Below, piece after piece: positions 1 to 9,991 of a DNA stretch of 64,000 nucleotides. The position numbers and the translations under genes were made by a program. Source of the DNA: Planctomycetota bacterium. Its GTDB lineage: Bacteria > Planctomycetota > UBA1135 > UBA2386. The stretch lies in NCBI GenBank assembly GCA_965228735.1, contig OZ245838.1:1728001-1792000 (forward strand), written 5' to 3'. How positions within the stretch are numbered: position 1 is the stretch's first letter; the number at the start of each line of letters is the position of its first letter. The notes below the pieces were generated by a model. That model was not told the DNA's origin and did no database searches. It worked only from the letters and a program-made list of their open reading frames with translations.

Positions 1-284
1 CCCGCGCTCCGACACGCGCCGCGATCCCCATTCCGGTTCGATCGACAGCCCGCTCGAATGGCGCGAACAAAGGCGGTAGCCGCCGCGATGCTGAACTCGT
101 GGACCGGCGCCGACCGCCGACGACGGGCACGACGAGGGCGACGCAACAAAGCGCAAGGCGGACGTTGCCGCGATCGTACCGGACCGATTCGCCGGGCGCG
201 CCCACCGTCGTCACCCGCTGCGGAACGGCAGGACCAGTCTACGATCGTCCTCGAACGCGGCCCGATGCCCGCGCTCTGAAGCGA

Positions 285-1601
285 CTACACGTCGATGCCA
301 TCTCGTCGACGATCGTCCTCCGACGCGGGGCCGGCGACGGTGCCTTCCGGGTGCGCGAACCAACCCGGATCCCGATTCGCATCGAGGTCCTCGTCCGACA
401 GCCCTGCCCGCACCTTCAGAACCCCGGCCATGCCTCCGAGGCTGATGTTCTCGCCGAACCCACCTTCGGCCTTGACCATGGGCACGCTGTTCTCGGGCAA
501 CGGCATGCCGCTGTCGGTCATGTCCCCCATGCCCTTCGCCCCCATCGTCATGTAGCCCGGCAGCACCGATCGAACTCGGCGGTCGAAGCCCTTCGCATCG
601 AAGCCGATCATGTTGGGGAACGCGTGGCCCATCTGCGTCATGACGTGATGGGTCATGTGACAATGGAAGGCCCAGTCACCCACGTTGACGGCATCGAACT
701 CGATGTCGCGGGTCTCCCCGACACCGACCAACGTCGTCACGCGGCGCCGCTGCTGTTCGTCGGGAATGCGGCAGCCGTCGATCGCCGTCTCCAAGAACTC
801 GTAGCCATGGAGGTGGATCGGATGGTGATCCATCGCCGAGAGGTTGCCGATTCGCATCCGCACTCGCTGCCCCTTGCGCACGACCAGCGGATCCAGGAAC
901 GGGAAGACCTTGCCGTTCATCGTCAGGACGTTGAAGTCGCTCATCTCGTTCGGGTTCGGCCGGCGCGCACCGGCGTCGATACGCCACTCGTGCAGCATCA
1001 GCGCGAAGTCGCGGTCGACCGGCGCGCTCGCGCCGTCAGCCGGGTGGATCACGAACATGCCCGTCAGGCCCATGCCCTCCTGCGTCATCGTGTCGTGATG
1101 GCTGTGGAACATGTGGGTCCCGTTCTGGCGTAGCTCGAACTCGTACAGCCACGTCTCCCCGGGCGGGATCGGGGGCTGCGTCAAACCACTCACGCCGTCC
1201 ATACCGTTGGGCAGGATGAGACCGTGCCAGTGCGTCGAGGTCGGAGCCGGCAGCTTGTTGGTGACGTAGATGCGCACGCGGTCACCCTCGACCGCCTCGA
1301 TCACGTGACCGTTCACCATCTTGTTGAAGCCCCAGCACCGGGCCACGAGCCCCGGCGCGAACGTGTGCTCGAACTCTTCGACGACGAGGTGATAGACCTT
1401 GGCCCCGTCGACGTTCCGCATCGGCGCCTTGCTGCCGCTGGGGACGATGACCGGTCGATGGTCCCGTGGATGCGCCCCCCCCGCGCACGGCCGCCGCAAG
1501 TCGCGTCGGATACTGCGCGCGCTCGCACGCTCGGCAGCCGTCAATGCGGCCGCTGCGCCGGCGGCAGCGCCAGAGAACAGGAAATTGCGTCGGGTACTCA
1601 T
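285..1601 (-). CDS. Multicopper oxidase (two-domain, Tat-exported, copper resistance type)
   Basis: Tat motif RRNFL; copper ligand motifs HWHG, FHSH, HPIHLHG and HCHMTHHVM; Met-rich C-terminus. Confidence 0.92.
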   Translation of the reverse strand: MSTRRNFLFSGAAAGAAAALTAAERASARSIRRDLRRPCAGGAHPRDHRPVIVPSGSKAPMRNVDGAKVYHLVVEEFEHTFAPGLVARCWGFNKMVNGHVIEAVEGDRVRIYVTNKLPAPTSTHWHGLILPNGMDGVSGLTQPPIPPGETWLYEFELRQNGTHMFHSHHDTMTQEGMGLTGMFVIHPADGASAPVDRDFALMLHEWRIDAGARRPNPNEMSDFNVLTMNGKVFPFLDPLVVRKGQRVRMRIGNLSAMDHHPIHLHGYEFLETAIDGCRIPDEQQRRRVTTLVGVGETRDIEFDAVNVGDWAFHCHMTHHVMTQMGHAFPNMIGFDAKGFDRRVRSVLPGYMTMGAKGMGDMTDSGMPLPENSVPMVKAEGGFGENISLGGMAGVLKVRAGLSDEDLDANRDPGWFAHPEGTVAGPASEDDRRRDGIDV

Positions 1602-1641
1602 GTCGATTCGTTCGGTGAAACCATGAAGGACGATTCGTGGG

Positions 1642-1805
1642 CTAGTGCCGTGTACCGGAGGTCACCTTGTAGTTCGCGAGGTCATTCGCGTTCCTGGCAA
1701 GGAGCGATCCGCAGGAGTATTGGTGGATACGCCGAGGACGCGCGACGTAGCCAGGGGCGTGAAGGGCCCGCGAACTACAAGGTGACTTTCGGTACATGGC
1801 ACTAG
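1642..1805. mobile_element. MITE (non-autonomous miniature inverted-repeat element), 164 bp
   Basis: 37-bp terminal inverted repeats at 1642-1678 and 1769-1805 (34/37 match), each starting CTAGTGCC; no transposase between them. Confidence 0.8.
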
Positions 1806-3259
1806 TGACCGCCGTTGCCGCCGGCGCCCGCGATGGCCGATACCGATCCCAGTCCGGGCCCGGTGATCCCGAATCGCGTCGCCGGCAAGCGGCCCAGCAG
1901 CAGCGCCTCGAGCTGGCTGCGCGCGATCCAGTGCATCTTCAGCTCCTCGATGTAGCGCCGGGCAGCCTCGAGTTCGGCACGCTTGGCGTCGACGACGCGG
2001 AACACGCCGACCTGCATCGCATTGAACTGCTCCTGCGTCCGCTGCGTGATGCGGGTGCGAAGTGGCACGACGACCTTGAACAGGTGCCGGGCGTTGTTGC
2101 CGCTGACCTCGGAAGCGACGAGGCTGTCGCGCGCCGAGCGCCGGATACGGATCGCGAGATCGGTCAGCCGATGGAACGCCTGCTCGATCTCGGCCCGCAC
2201 GTGGGCGGAGACAGCCTGACCGAAGTCGAAGACCGGCAAGGAGAGCGACGCGCTGCCACCCACGATCCAGCTCTCGGAAGCCTCGCGCTCGCCGCTGACG
2301 CCGACGCCGCCCGTCGGCAACGCGGCACTCAGCTGCTCGAGCCCGAGTCGGTGGCCCAGCATCGTCAGCTCACGACGCCCAGCCTCGAGATCGAGACTTG
2401 CTGCGACGACCCGCTTCTCGAACTCGGCAGGCTCCATCGACAGCGGCGCCGGCTCGGGCATCCGGCCGGCGATCTGCCACTCTTCGCCCTCCGGACCGGA
2501 CAGCCCGAACAGGACGTTCAGGTTCTCGCGATGGCGACGGACGTTTTTGCGGGCTTCGGTCAGCGCCAGTCGCGCGTCTTCGAAGACCGCCTGCTCTTGC
2601 AGCAGTTCGAGCTCGATGACGTTGCCGGCGGCTCGCAGGCGCCGCGTCGCATCGAGGGTCAGCCGCGCGGCATCCATCGCCGTTTCGAAGAGCTCGACGA
2701 GCTGCTGATCAGCCTGCAGGGCGCGGTAGTTGGCCCGCACCTCGGTCGCGAGATCGAGGACCGCACCGGTGACGCGGGCCTCGACCTGGGCGAGCCGCTC
2801 GGCCGCGACCTGGCGGCGGCGCGGGATCAACAGCACATCGACGATGCTCTGGGCGACGCCGAGTTCGAGGATGTCGCCACCGCCGGCCTCGGCGAAACGC
2901 AGCTGCGCGCCGATCACCGGGTTCGGCGCGAGCGAAGCCTGCCAGATCTGCGCGCGCGCGATCTCGAGTTCGGCCAGCTCGGCGTGCAGCATCGGATTGT
3001 TCGCGACCGCCAGTCGAACGGCATCGTCCGCGCCGAGCCGCTCGCCGGCGAGCAACTGCTGGATGCCCTCGGGACGAAGGGGGCGGGTCGCGAGGTCCAT
3101 GCTGGCCCCCAGCCGCTCGTGAACGGCGTCCTGCACGTCGGCCAACACGCGCTCACGTCGCGGCACTGCGCATGCACCGGCCAGCAATGCGAGCGCGCCG
3201 CAGATCGCCACCCGGGATCGAGCGGCGCCCGAACGTCCTGGCAGTAGTCGACCACGCAT
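1802..3259 (-). CDS. TolC/CusC-like outer membrane efflux lipoprotein
   Basis: Lipobox LAGAC; OMF motifs AVRLAVANNP and LSLPVFD; ATG at 3259 overlaps the upstream TGA. Confidence 0.85.
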   Translation of the reverse strand: MRGRLLPGRSGAARSRVAICGALALLAGACAVPRRERVLADVQDAVHERLGASMDLATRPLRPEGIQQLLAGERLGADDAVRLAVANNPMLHAELAELEIARAQIWQASLAPNPVIGAQLRFAEAGGGDILELGVAQSIVDVLLIPRRRQVAAERLAQVEARVTGAVLDLATEVRANYRALQADQQLVELFETAMDAARLTLDATRRLRAAGNVIELELLQEQAVFEDARLALTEARKNVRRHRENLNVLFGLSGPEGEEWQIAGRMPEPAPLSMEPAEFEKRVVAASLDLEAGRRELTMLGHRLGLEQLSAALPTGGVGVSGEREASESWIVGGSASLSLPVFDFGQAVSAHVRAEIEQAFHRLTDLAIRIRRSARDSLVASEVSGNNARHLFKVVVPLRTRITQRTQEQFNAMQVGVFRVVDAKRAELEAARRYIEELKMHWIARSQLEALLLGRLPATRFGITGPGLGSVSAIAGAGGNGGH

Positions 3260-3552
3260 CAGCGCTGCTCCTTCGGCCTGTGGCCATGCATGGCGCCGTG
3301 GCCCTCGTCGCCGCCCATCTCGGCCATCTCGTTGGCCGGCTCCACCGCCTCGATCCGGTCCGGGACAGCCGCCGGGTCCGGCACGTCGAAGCCACCGCCA
3401 GTCGGCGCACTCGCGGAGGCCGGATGGTCGGGCGGCAGATCCAGACGAAACGTGCTGACGCAGGCGCCGGCACTGAAAGTGACGCAGAGCAGGGCGAGCG
3501 CCAGACGCCGGGAAGACAGGCGCGATGGCGATGGTGGTCGTTGCATGTTCAT
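3259..3552 (-). CDS. Small His/Met-tailed lipoprotein, possible copper-binding accessory protein
   Basis: Lipobox-like SAGAC, DHPAS motif, tail MAEMGGDEGHGAMHGH; coupled to the TolC gene; start could also be 3546. Confidence 0.6.
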   Translation of the reverse strand: MNMQRPPSPSRLSSRRLALALLCVTFSAGACVSTFRLDLPPDHPASASAPTGGGFDVPDPAAVPDRIEAVEPANEMAEMGGDEGHGAMHGHRPKEQR

Positions 3553-3800
3553 GGGAGGGGGTCGCGGGCGATCGCCGCAAACGATGTGCCAGGCCATGCC
3601 ATCCTGCCTACCGCGCCGAGTCGCGCCGAGATAAGCGTTGGATGGCCAATACGTTGTGTAGTCCGGATCCTCGGCGGCCGAACCCTTGCATGCCGGCAGT
3701 ACGCGCTCGAGTTCGGCACCGGTGCTTCTGGGCGGTGCACCAGCGCGGAGGCGGGTATGCACCGGAGGACCTCATTCTCTGGCCCACGCGCACCGACGCC

Positions 3801-4142
3801 TCACTTCAGGGTCTTCCAACTCTCGGCCACGAACTTGCCGTCCTCCATGGCACCGACGGTCTCGACCTTGGCGCCCTTGTCCTTGTGGGCGCACCACTCC
3901 ATCCGGCCGAGCGTCGGGTGGATCATCGGGACATACTTGCCCTCGATCAGGATGTAGTTGCCGCAGCTGCCGACGCTTTCGATCGAGCAACCGCACTTGA
4001 CGTCGTGCACGACGGCCTTGGCAACAGGGTCGCCCTGGCCCGCCGGGGCCGGCGGAGCGGCCTGATCCGGGACCTTGTCGGTCGTGCACGCGCCGAACGC
4101 GAACGGGATGGAGAGGACGAACGAAAGCAGGGTTCTACGCAT
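3801..4142 (-). CDS. Small Cys-rich lipoprotein (DUF6370-like)
   Basis: Lipobox FGAC; Cys pattern CGC...C...C and C-terminal GKFVAESW; lies directly after cusA. Confidence 0.6.
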   Translation of the reverse strand: MRRTLLSFVLSIPFAFGACTTDKVPDQAAPPAPAGQGDPVAKAVVHDVKCGCSIESVGSCGNYILIEGKYVPMIHPTLGRMEWCAHKDKGAKVETVGAMEDGKFVAESWKTLK

Positions 4143-4190
4143 CGTTGGTTGTTGGGTTGGAGGAACAAAGAAGGGGTCCAATTGCCCGTA

Positions 4191-7100
4191 TCAGGCCTGC
4201 TCGGACCGGGAAGGAGAGGCCGAGAACCGCAAGCGCAGCTCCTCGACCAACGCATAGAGCACGGGCACGACGAAGATCGTGACGACCGCCACGAGCATCC
4301 CACCGAAGGACGGAATCGCCATTGGCACCATCACGTCGCTGCCCTTGCCGGTGGAGGTCAGGACCGGAAGGAGCGCGAGAACGGTGGTCGCAGTCGTCAT
4401 CAGACAAGGGCGAATCCGGCGCTTGCCGGCAACGACCACGGCCTCACGGATCTCATCCACGTTCGTCGGTCGCCGCCGCTTGAAGCTCTGCTGCAGGTAG
4501 GTGCTCATCAACACGCCGTCGTCGGTCGCGATGCCGAAGAGCGCGAGAAAGCCCACCCAGACCGCCACGCTCAGGTTGATCGGCGAGACCTGGAACAGTT
4601 CGCGCACGTCGCGACCGAGAACCTCGAACGAGAGGAACCAGTCCTGACCGTAGAGCCAGAGCATCAGGAAGCCTCCCGACCACGCAACGAAGACCCCGGT
4701 GAAGACGAGCAGCGTCGTCGATACTCGCCGGAACTGCAGGTAGAGGATCAGGAAGATGACGAACAGTGCCAAGGGCAACACGATCCTCAACCGCTCCGTT
4801 GCGCGGACCTGGTTCTCGTAGTTGCCCGCGAATCGATAGCTCACACCTGCCGGCAGCTCGAGCTCACCCTCTTCGAGCTTCCGCTCCAGGAAGCGGCGAC
4901 AGTCCTCGACCACTTCGACTTCCGCGAAACCCGGATTCTTGTCGAAGATCACGTAGCCGGTCAGAAACGTGTCCTCGCTCTTGATGGTCTGCGGCCCGGG
5001 CTTGTAGCGCACCTCGGCAAGCTGGCCGATCGGAACTTGGGTCCCGTCCTTTGCTGCAACGAGGATTCGCTCCAGTTCGTCGATGCGGTCCCGCAACTCG
5101 CGCTGATAGCGCACCCGCACCGGGTATCGCTCACGCCCCTCCACGGTCGTCGTAATCCGGCGCCCTCCGATCGCGACCTCGATCACGTCCTGCACATCGC
5201 GCACGTGCAGCCCGTAGCGGGCGATCGCCTCACGGTCGATCTCGATCTCCAGGTAGGGCTTGCCAACGATTCGATCCGCCGAGACGGTCGCTGCGTTGAC
5301 CGACGGAACTTGCTGCAGCAGCTTCTCGATATCGACGCCGACTCGCTCGATCGTCGCGAGGTCCGGGCCACGCACCTTGATGCCGAAAGGCGCGCGCATG
5401 CCGGTTTGCAGCATGATCCGCCGCGTCTCGATCGGCTGCAGCATCGATGCCGTCGTCATGCCCGGAACCTCGGCAGCCTTCGCGACCTCGTCCCAGATGT
5501 CGTCGGGAGAACGAATGTGGTCGCGCCACTGTCGGAACGGCCGGCCGTCGTCATCGGGCACGAGCCGCCCAGCCTCATCTCGAACGAACTCGCTCTGGTC
5601 CGAGTCGTAGGCGAAACGCATCAAGTCGCCACGGGCATCGAGCCGGTACTCCGGCACGTAGTTGATGACGGTCTCAACCATGCCGACCGGCGCAGGGTCG
5701 AGGGCGCTCTCCGCACGGCCGATCTTGCCGACGACGTCCTGCACTTCCGGAACTGCTCGAATGCGTCGATCCTGGACCTGGAGCAGTTCGAGAGCTTCGC
5801 CGATCGATGCGTGGTACATCGTGATCGGCATCAGTAGAAACGAGCCCTCGTCGAGGCGAGGCATGAACTCCTGCCCAAGGCCCGGGAAGGCGTGCGCCAG
5901 ACCAGACCACGCCCTCGAGGCCTTGAGTTCGTCCGACGTCATGGCCCGTGTCTCCGTATCGGAGACCCAACCCGCGACCGACATCCCTGCTCTGCTCACG
6001 GCTGAGATGGTGTCGGGCACGAACGCGAACACGCGCCCGAAGCCGAACCAGATCGTCGCACCGAGCAGACACAAGAATGCAGGAGCAGTCAGGAAGACCA
6101 GTTTGTGCGCGAGGCACCACCGCAACAGCGGCTCGTAAGCCCACTGCACCAAGCGGAAGAACAGCAGGAATCCTCCAACCAGGACGAGCGTGAAGACGAC
6201 GTTGCCGACCGACTGCTCGGGCCCGAGCGGCGCCCAGGTCGATGCCAGCAGCACGCCGGTTGCAATCGCCAGCAACGCATTCACGCCCCAACGCAGGGCG
6301 GCTGCCATACCGTCCGGCATGCGACGCTGCACTTCTCTCCAGGTGAACAGGGCCGCAACGACAGCTGCCGCCCACCAGGCAACGAGCCACCCGAGGAGCA
6401 CGACTGCGCCGAGGACGGTCGCGGCGCGCGCGCGCCCAACCGTCCTGCCGCGCCCAACCGGAAACAGGAGGTGAGCGACCGGCGGAATGATCACGAGCGC
6501 GACGACGATCGATGCCAATAGTGCAAACGTCTTGGTGAACGCCAACGGCCGGAACAGCTTCCCTTCCGCGCCTTCCATCGTGAAAACTGGCAAGAAGCTC
6601 ACGACCGTCGTCAGTACCGCGGTCAGCACGGCCGAGCCGACTTCGCTGGCACCCGCTTGGATCGCGTCCTTGCGCTCCTTCGCTGTGTCGTTGGGGCGGA
6701 TCTTCCCGAGGATGCTCTCGCAGATGACCACGCCCATGTCGACCATCGTGCCGATCGCGATCGCGATCCCCGACAACGCGACCACGTTCGCATCGACACC
6801 GAACTGCTTCATCGCGATGAAGCACATCAACACCGAGAGCGGGAGCAGTCCGGAGATCAGCCCCGCGCTTCGCAAGTGCGCAATCATCAGCAGCACCACG
6901 AGTATGGTGACGAGAATCTCATCTCGTAGCGCGTCGTTGAGCGTCCCGAGCGTCTCCTGAATCAACCCGGTGCGGTCGTAGAACGGCACCACGCGCACTT
7001 GCGAGATGGTGCCGTCGTCCAAGGTCTTGCGAGGCAGACCGGCCTCGATCTCCTCGACGCGCTCCTTGACCCGCTGGATGACCGCGAGCGGGTTGGCGCC

Positions 7101-8045
7101 ATAGCGCACGACGACCACGCCACCGACCGCCTCGGTGCCGGCCTTGTCGAGCGCGCCTCGCCGCAGTGCCGGTCCACGGCCCACGGTCGCAATCTGCTTG
7201 ATCGTGAGCGGTACGCCTTCGGCACCGGTCACGGCGATCTTCTCGATGTCCTCGACTCCGCTGAGGAAGCCGACCCCACGAATCACGTACTCCGCGCGGT
7301 TGACCTCGATCGTCCGAGCACCGACGTCGCTGTTCGACATGCGAACAGCCGCGAACACCTGGTTGAGCGTTACGCCATGCGCCCGCATCGCATCAGGATC
7401 GACATCGATCTGATACTCGCTGACGTAGCCGCCGATGGATGCCACTTCAGCTACGCCGTCGACGCCCGCGAGGTTGTAGCGCACGTACCAATCCTGGATC
7501 GTGCGCAACTCGTGCAGGTCCCAACCGCCAGCCGGCGCCCCATCCGGCGTGCGTCCTTCCAGCGTGTACCAGAAGACCTGGCCGAGTGGCGTCGCATCCG
7601 GGCCGAGCGTCGGCTGCACTCCTTCCGGGAGGGTCCCGCGCGCCAAGCTGTTGAGCTTCTCGAGCAGTCGCGTGCGCGACCAGTAGAACTCCACGTCGTC
7701 GTCGAAGATGACGAAGATCGACGAGAACCCGAGCATGGAGCTGCTACGGATCGTCTTGACACCAGGGACCCCCAGCAGGGCGACGGTCAGAGGGTAGGTG
7801 ACTTGGTCCTCGACGTCTTGCGGCGACCGCCCAGGCCAGGATGTGAAGATGATCTGTTGGTTCTCGCCGGTATCGGGGATCGCATCCACCGGGACCGGCG
7901 ACCGCGGAACGCCCTCGATTTCCCAGTCGAACGGGGCCACCAGCACGCCCCACGAAGTGACCAGGACAAACAGCAGGCCAACGACAAGCTTGTTGTCGAG
8001 GCAGAACCGCAGGAGACGATCGAGCAAGCTCGGGCGGTCGCTCAC
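4191..8045 (-). CDS. cusA: CusA/CzcA-family heavy-metal RND efflux permease
   Basis: 1284 aa; motifs DAIPD, EDQVTYP, GPDAT, AIAIGTMVD and RIRPCLMT. Confidence 0.93.
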   Translation of the reverse strand: MSDRPSLLDRLLRFCLDNKLVVGLLFVLVTSWGVLVAPFDWEIEGVPRSPVPVDAIPDTGENQQIIFTSWPGRSPQDVEDQVTYPLTVALLGVPGVKTIRSSSMLGFSSIFVIFDDDVEFYWSRTRLLEKLNSLARGTLPEGVQPTLGPDATPLGQVFWYTLEGRTPDGAPAGGWDLHELRTIQDWYVRYNLAGVDGVAEVASIGGYVSEYQIDVDPDAMRAHGVTLNQVFAAVRMSNSDVGARTIEVNRAEYVIRGVGFLSGVEDIEKIAVTGAEGVPLTIKQIATVGRGPALRRGALDKAGTEAVGGVVVVRYGANPLAVIQRVKERVEEIEAGLPRKTLDDGTISQVRVVPFYDRTGLIQETLGTLNDALRDEILVTILVVLLMIAHLRSAGLISGLLPLSVLMCFIAMKQFGVDANVVALSGIAIAIGTMVDMGVVICESILGKIRPNDTAKERKDAIQAGASEVGSAVLTAVLTTVVSFLPVFTMEGAEGKLFRPLAFTKTFALLASIVVALVIIPPVAHLLFPVGRGRTVGRARAATVLGAVVLLGWLVAWWAAAVVAALFTWREVQRRMPDGMAAALRWGVNALLAIATGVLLASTWAPLGPEQSVGNVVFTLVLVGGFLLFFRLVQWAYEPLLRWCLAHKLVFLTAPAFLCLLGATIWFGFGRVFAFVPDTISAVSRAGMSVAGWVSDTETRAMTSDELKASRAWSGLAHAFPGLGQEFMPRLDEGSFLLMPITMYHASIGEALELLQVQDRRIRAVPEVQDVVGKIGRAESALDPAPVGMVETVINYVPEYRLDARGDLMRFAYDSDQSEFVRDEAGRLVPDDDGRPFRQWRDHIRSPDDIWDEVAKAAEVPGMTTASMLQPIETRRIMLQTGMRAPFGIKVRGPDLATIERVGVDIEKLLQQVPSVNAATVSADRIVGKPYLEIEIDREAIARYGLHVRDVQDVIEVAIGGRRITTTVEGRERYPVRVRYQRELRDRIDELERILVAAKDGTQVPIGQLAEVRYKPGPQTIKSEDTFLTGYVIFDKNPGFAEVEVVEDCRRFLERKLEEGELELPAGVSYRFAGNYENQVRATERLRIVLPLALFVIFLILYLQFRRVSTTLLVFTGVFVAWSGGFLMLWLYGQDWFLSFEVLGRDVRELFQVSPINLSVAVWVGFLALFGIATDDGVLMSTYLQQSFKRRRPTNVDEIREAVVVAGKRRIRPCLMTTATTVLALLPVLTSTGKGSDVMVPMAIPSFGGMLVAVVTIFVVPVLYALVEELRLRFSASPSRSEQA

Positions 8046-9991
8046 TTGCCACCCTCCGCCCGCGTCTCACCCACCGGTCCAGCGACGGGCAAGAACTCAC
8101 TCCGCGCCTCGCCGCAGACAAGCATCGCGGCGCCGAAGTACGGATTGTGAATCGTGCCCTTCGGCTGCAGCCAGGCCGCCCCCTTGTCATCAAAGGCCAT
8201 GGGGCAATACGCCTCGATCCAGACAGCTTCGCCGACATGGCCGAACATGCGCTCCAACGCCAGCACGTCGCGCGCGAGCGCTTCAAACGCCACCCGCATG
8301 GCCACGATGTCACCGGCATCCTGCATGGCTGACAGCGCCGTGGCCAACGAGGCCCGTTCGTCCTGCCACCGCTCCCGCGCAAGCCCCGCAAGCGCTTCGT
8401 CCCTGACGCCCGGGAGAGCAGCCACGAGGGCCGCGAGTTGCACGCGAGCGGTGTCGAAGTCATCGTCGCCGAGCGCTTTGGCTACGCCGAGGTACGACTC
8501 GTAGATCGCAGCCAGTGAAGCGCGGAACACCGTGGTCTCCGATCCAGTCCACCGCTCCGCCTCACCAGCCTGCGACATCATGCTCGGCTTGGCCTGGATC
8601 TGCATCGCACTGTCGAGGCGAAACGCCCCATTCACGACTACCAGCTCATTCTCCCGGACGCCCGAGCGCACGATGTAGTCGTCGCCGGCCCGCGGACCCA
8701 GCACGACCTCGCGACCCTCGAAGGTCGGGGCGTCGCCCTTTCGGACCTGGACGTAGACGACTCCGCGCTTGCCGGTCACCAGGACAGCAGTCGAAGGCAC
8801 GAGCAAGGGCTTCGGCGCGTCCTCATCAACGGCATAGCCGAGCTGCTCCGCGGGCACGAGGTCCATACCACAGACGTCGCAGGTGCCAGGACCATCCTTC
8901 ACGACCTCGGGATGCATCGGGCTGATCCACTTGCCCGCGAGACGCGAGTCCAGGACGGTTCCTCCGTCACCGATACGGGAGCGCACGACGCCTCGCACGA
9001 ACATGCCGGGCTTGAGCCGGGCGGACTTGTTCTCGACATCGACACGAACCGCGACGGTGCGGGTCCGCTCGTCCACGACCGGCGCGAGGAACGAAATGCG
9101 CCCCTCGAACGACTCGCCCGGAAGAGCTTCGGCGAACAGCGTCACGCTCTGTCCGTATCGCAGCCAGGGCAGATCCTGCTCGTACGCCGCGAGTTGCACC
9201 CAGACCTTGCTGAGGTCGGCGATCCGATACACGGCCACGCCTTCCTTGACGTAGTCACCTTCGTTCTTGTGCTTCTCGATGACGACGCCACTGACCGGTG
9301 AGCGAATCAACATGTGATCCTCTGCCGCCCCTCTGGCCTCGACTCCGTCGACCTGCGCTTCGGTTAGCCCCCAAAGCACGAGCTTCTCGCGCGCCGCGCG
9401 ATAACTCCGCTCGCTGCTCTCCTTCAGGAAATCGCTCGTCGAATCGGTCGCCTCGTCGATCCGCTTCTTGGCTTGCAGCAGCTCCTGCTGAGCGACCAGC
9501 AAGTCCGGGCTGTACAGAGAAACCAGGTGGTCCTCCCGCTGCACGGCAATGCCTGTGTAGTCGACATAGAGCCGGTCCAGCCGACCGGCGACGCGGGCGG
9601 CAACGGATCGCACCCGCGTCTCGTCGAAGTCGATCTTGCCGACCATCCGAATCGGCATGGTTGCGAAAGACCGTCGCACCGGCTGCGTCTGGATCTGGGC
9701 GAGCTCCGCCGCCTCCGCAGACAGCTTGATCCGATTGGGCCCCGGATCGTCGCCGGGCACCTTTGGCACCAGATCCATGCCGCACTTCGGGCAAGGGACG
9801 TTGGACGGCAACACGACCTCAGGATGCATCGGGCAGGTCCAAAGCGTCGGGCTACCGCCGCCCCCGCCTGCGGGCTCAGCCGAGTCTGGACCAGGCGAGT
9901 TCGGCCACCAATCGGTGCTGACGCGGCCGACCAGAACGGCCAACAGCACGACGCCGAGCAAGGCGAGAAACAACGCGATCTGGCGAATCAT
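8042..9991 (-). CDS. cusB: CusB-type RND periplasmic adaptor with heavy-metal-binding (CPMHP) motifs and a C-terminal DUF3347-like domain
   Basis: WTCPMHP..CPKCGMDL, ISPMHP..CDVCGMDL, YCPMAF..NPYFG; ATG at 9991 overlaps the upstream TGA and follows GGAGG. Confidence 0.9.
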   Translation of the reverse strand: MIRQIALFLALLGVVLLAVLVGRVSTDWWPNSPGPDSAEPAGGGGGSPTLWTCPMHPEVVLPSNVPCPKCGMDLVPKVPGDDPGPNRIKLSAEAAELAQIQTQPVRRSFATMPIRMVGKIDFDETRVRSVAARVAGRLDRLYVDYTGIAVQREDHLVSLYSPDLLVAQQELLQAKKRIDEATDSTSDFLKESSERSYRAAREKLVLWGLTEAQVDGVEARGAAEDHMLIRSPVSGVVIEKHKNEGDYVKEGVAVYRIADLSKVWVQLAAYEQDLPWLRYGQSVTLFAEALPGESFEGRISFLAPVVDERTRTVAVRVDVENKSARLKPGMFVRGVVRSRIGDGGTVLDSRLAGKWISPMHPEVVKDGPGTCDVCGMDLVPAEQLGYAVDEDAPKPLLVPSTAVLVTGKRGVVYVQVRKGDAPTFEGREVVLGPRAGDDYIVRSGVRENELVVVNGAFRLDSAMQIQAKPSMMSQAGEAERWTGSETTVFRASLAAIYESYLGVAKALGDDDFDTARVQLAALVAALPGVRDEALAGLARERWQDERASLATALSAMQDAGDIVAMRVAFEALARDVLALERMFGHVGEAVWIEAYCPMAFDDKGAAWLQPKGTIHNPYFGAAMLVCGEARSEFLPVAGPVGETRAEGGK

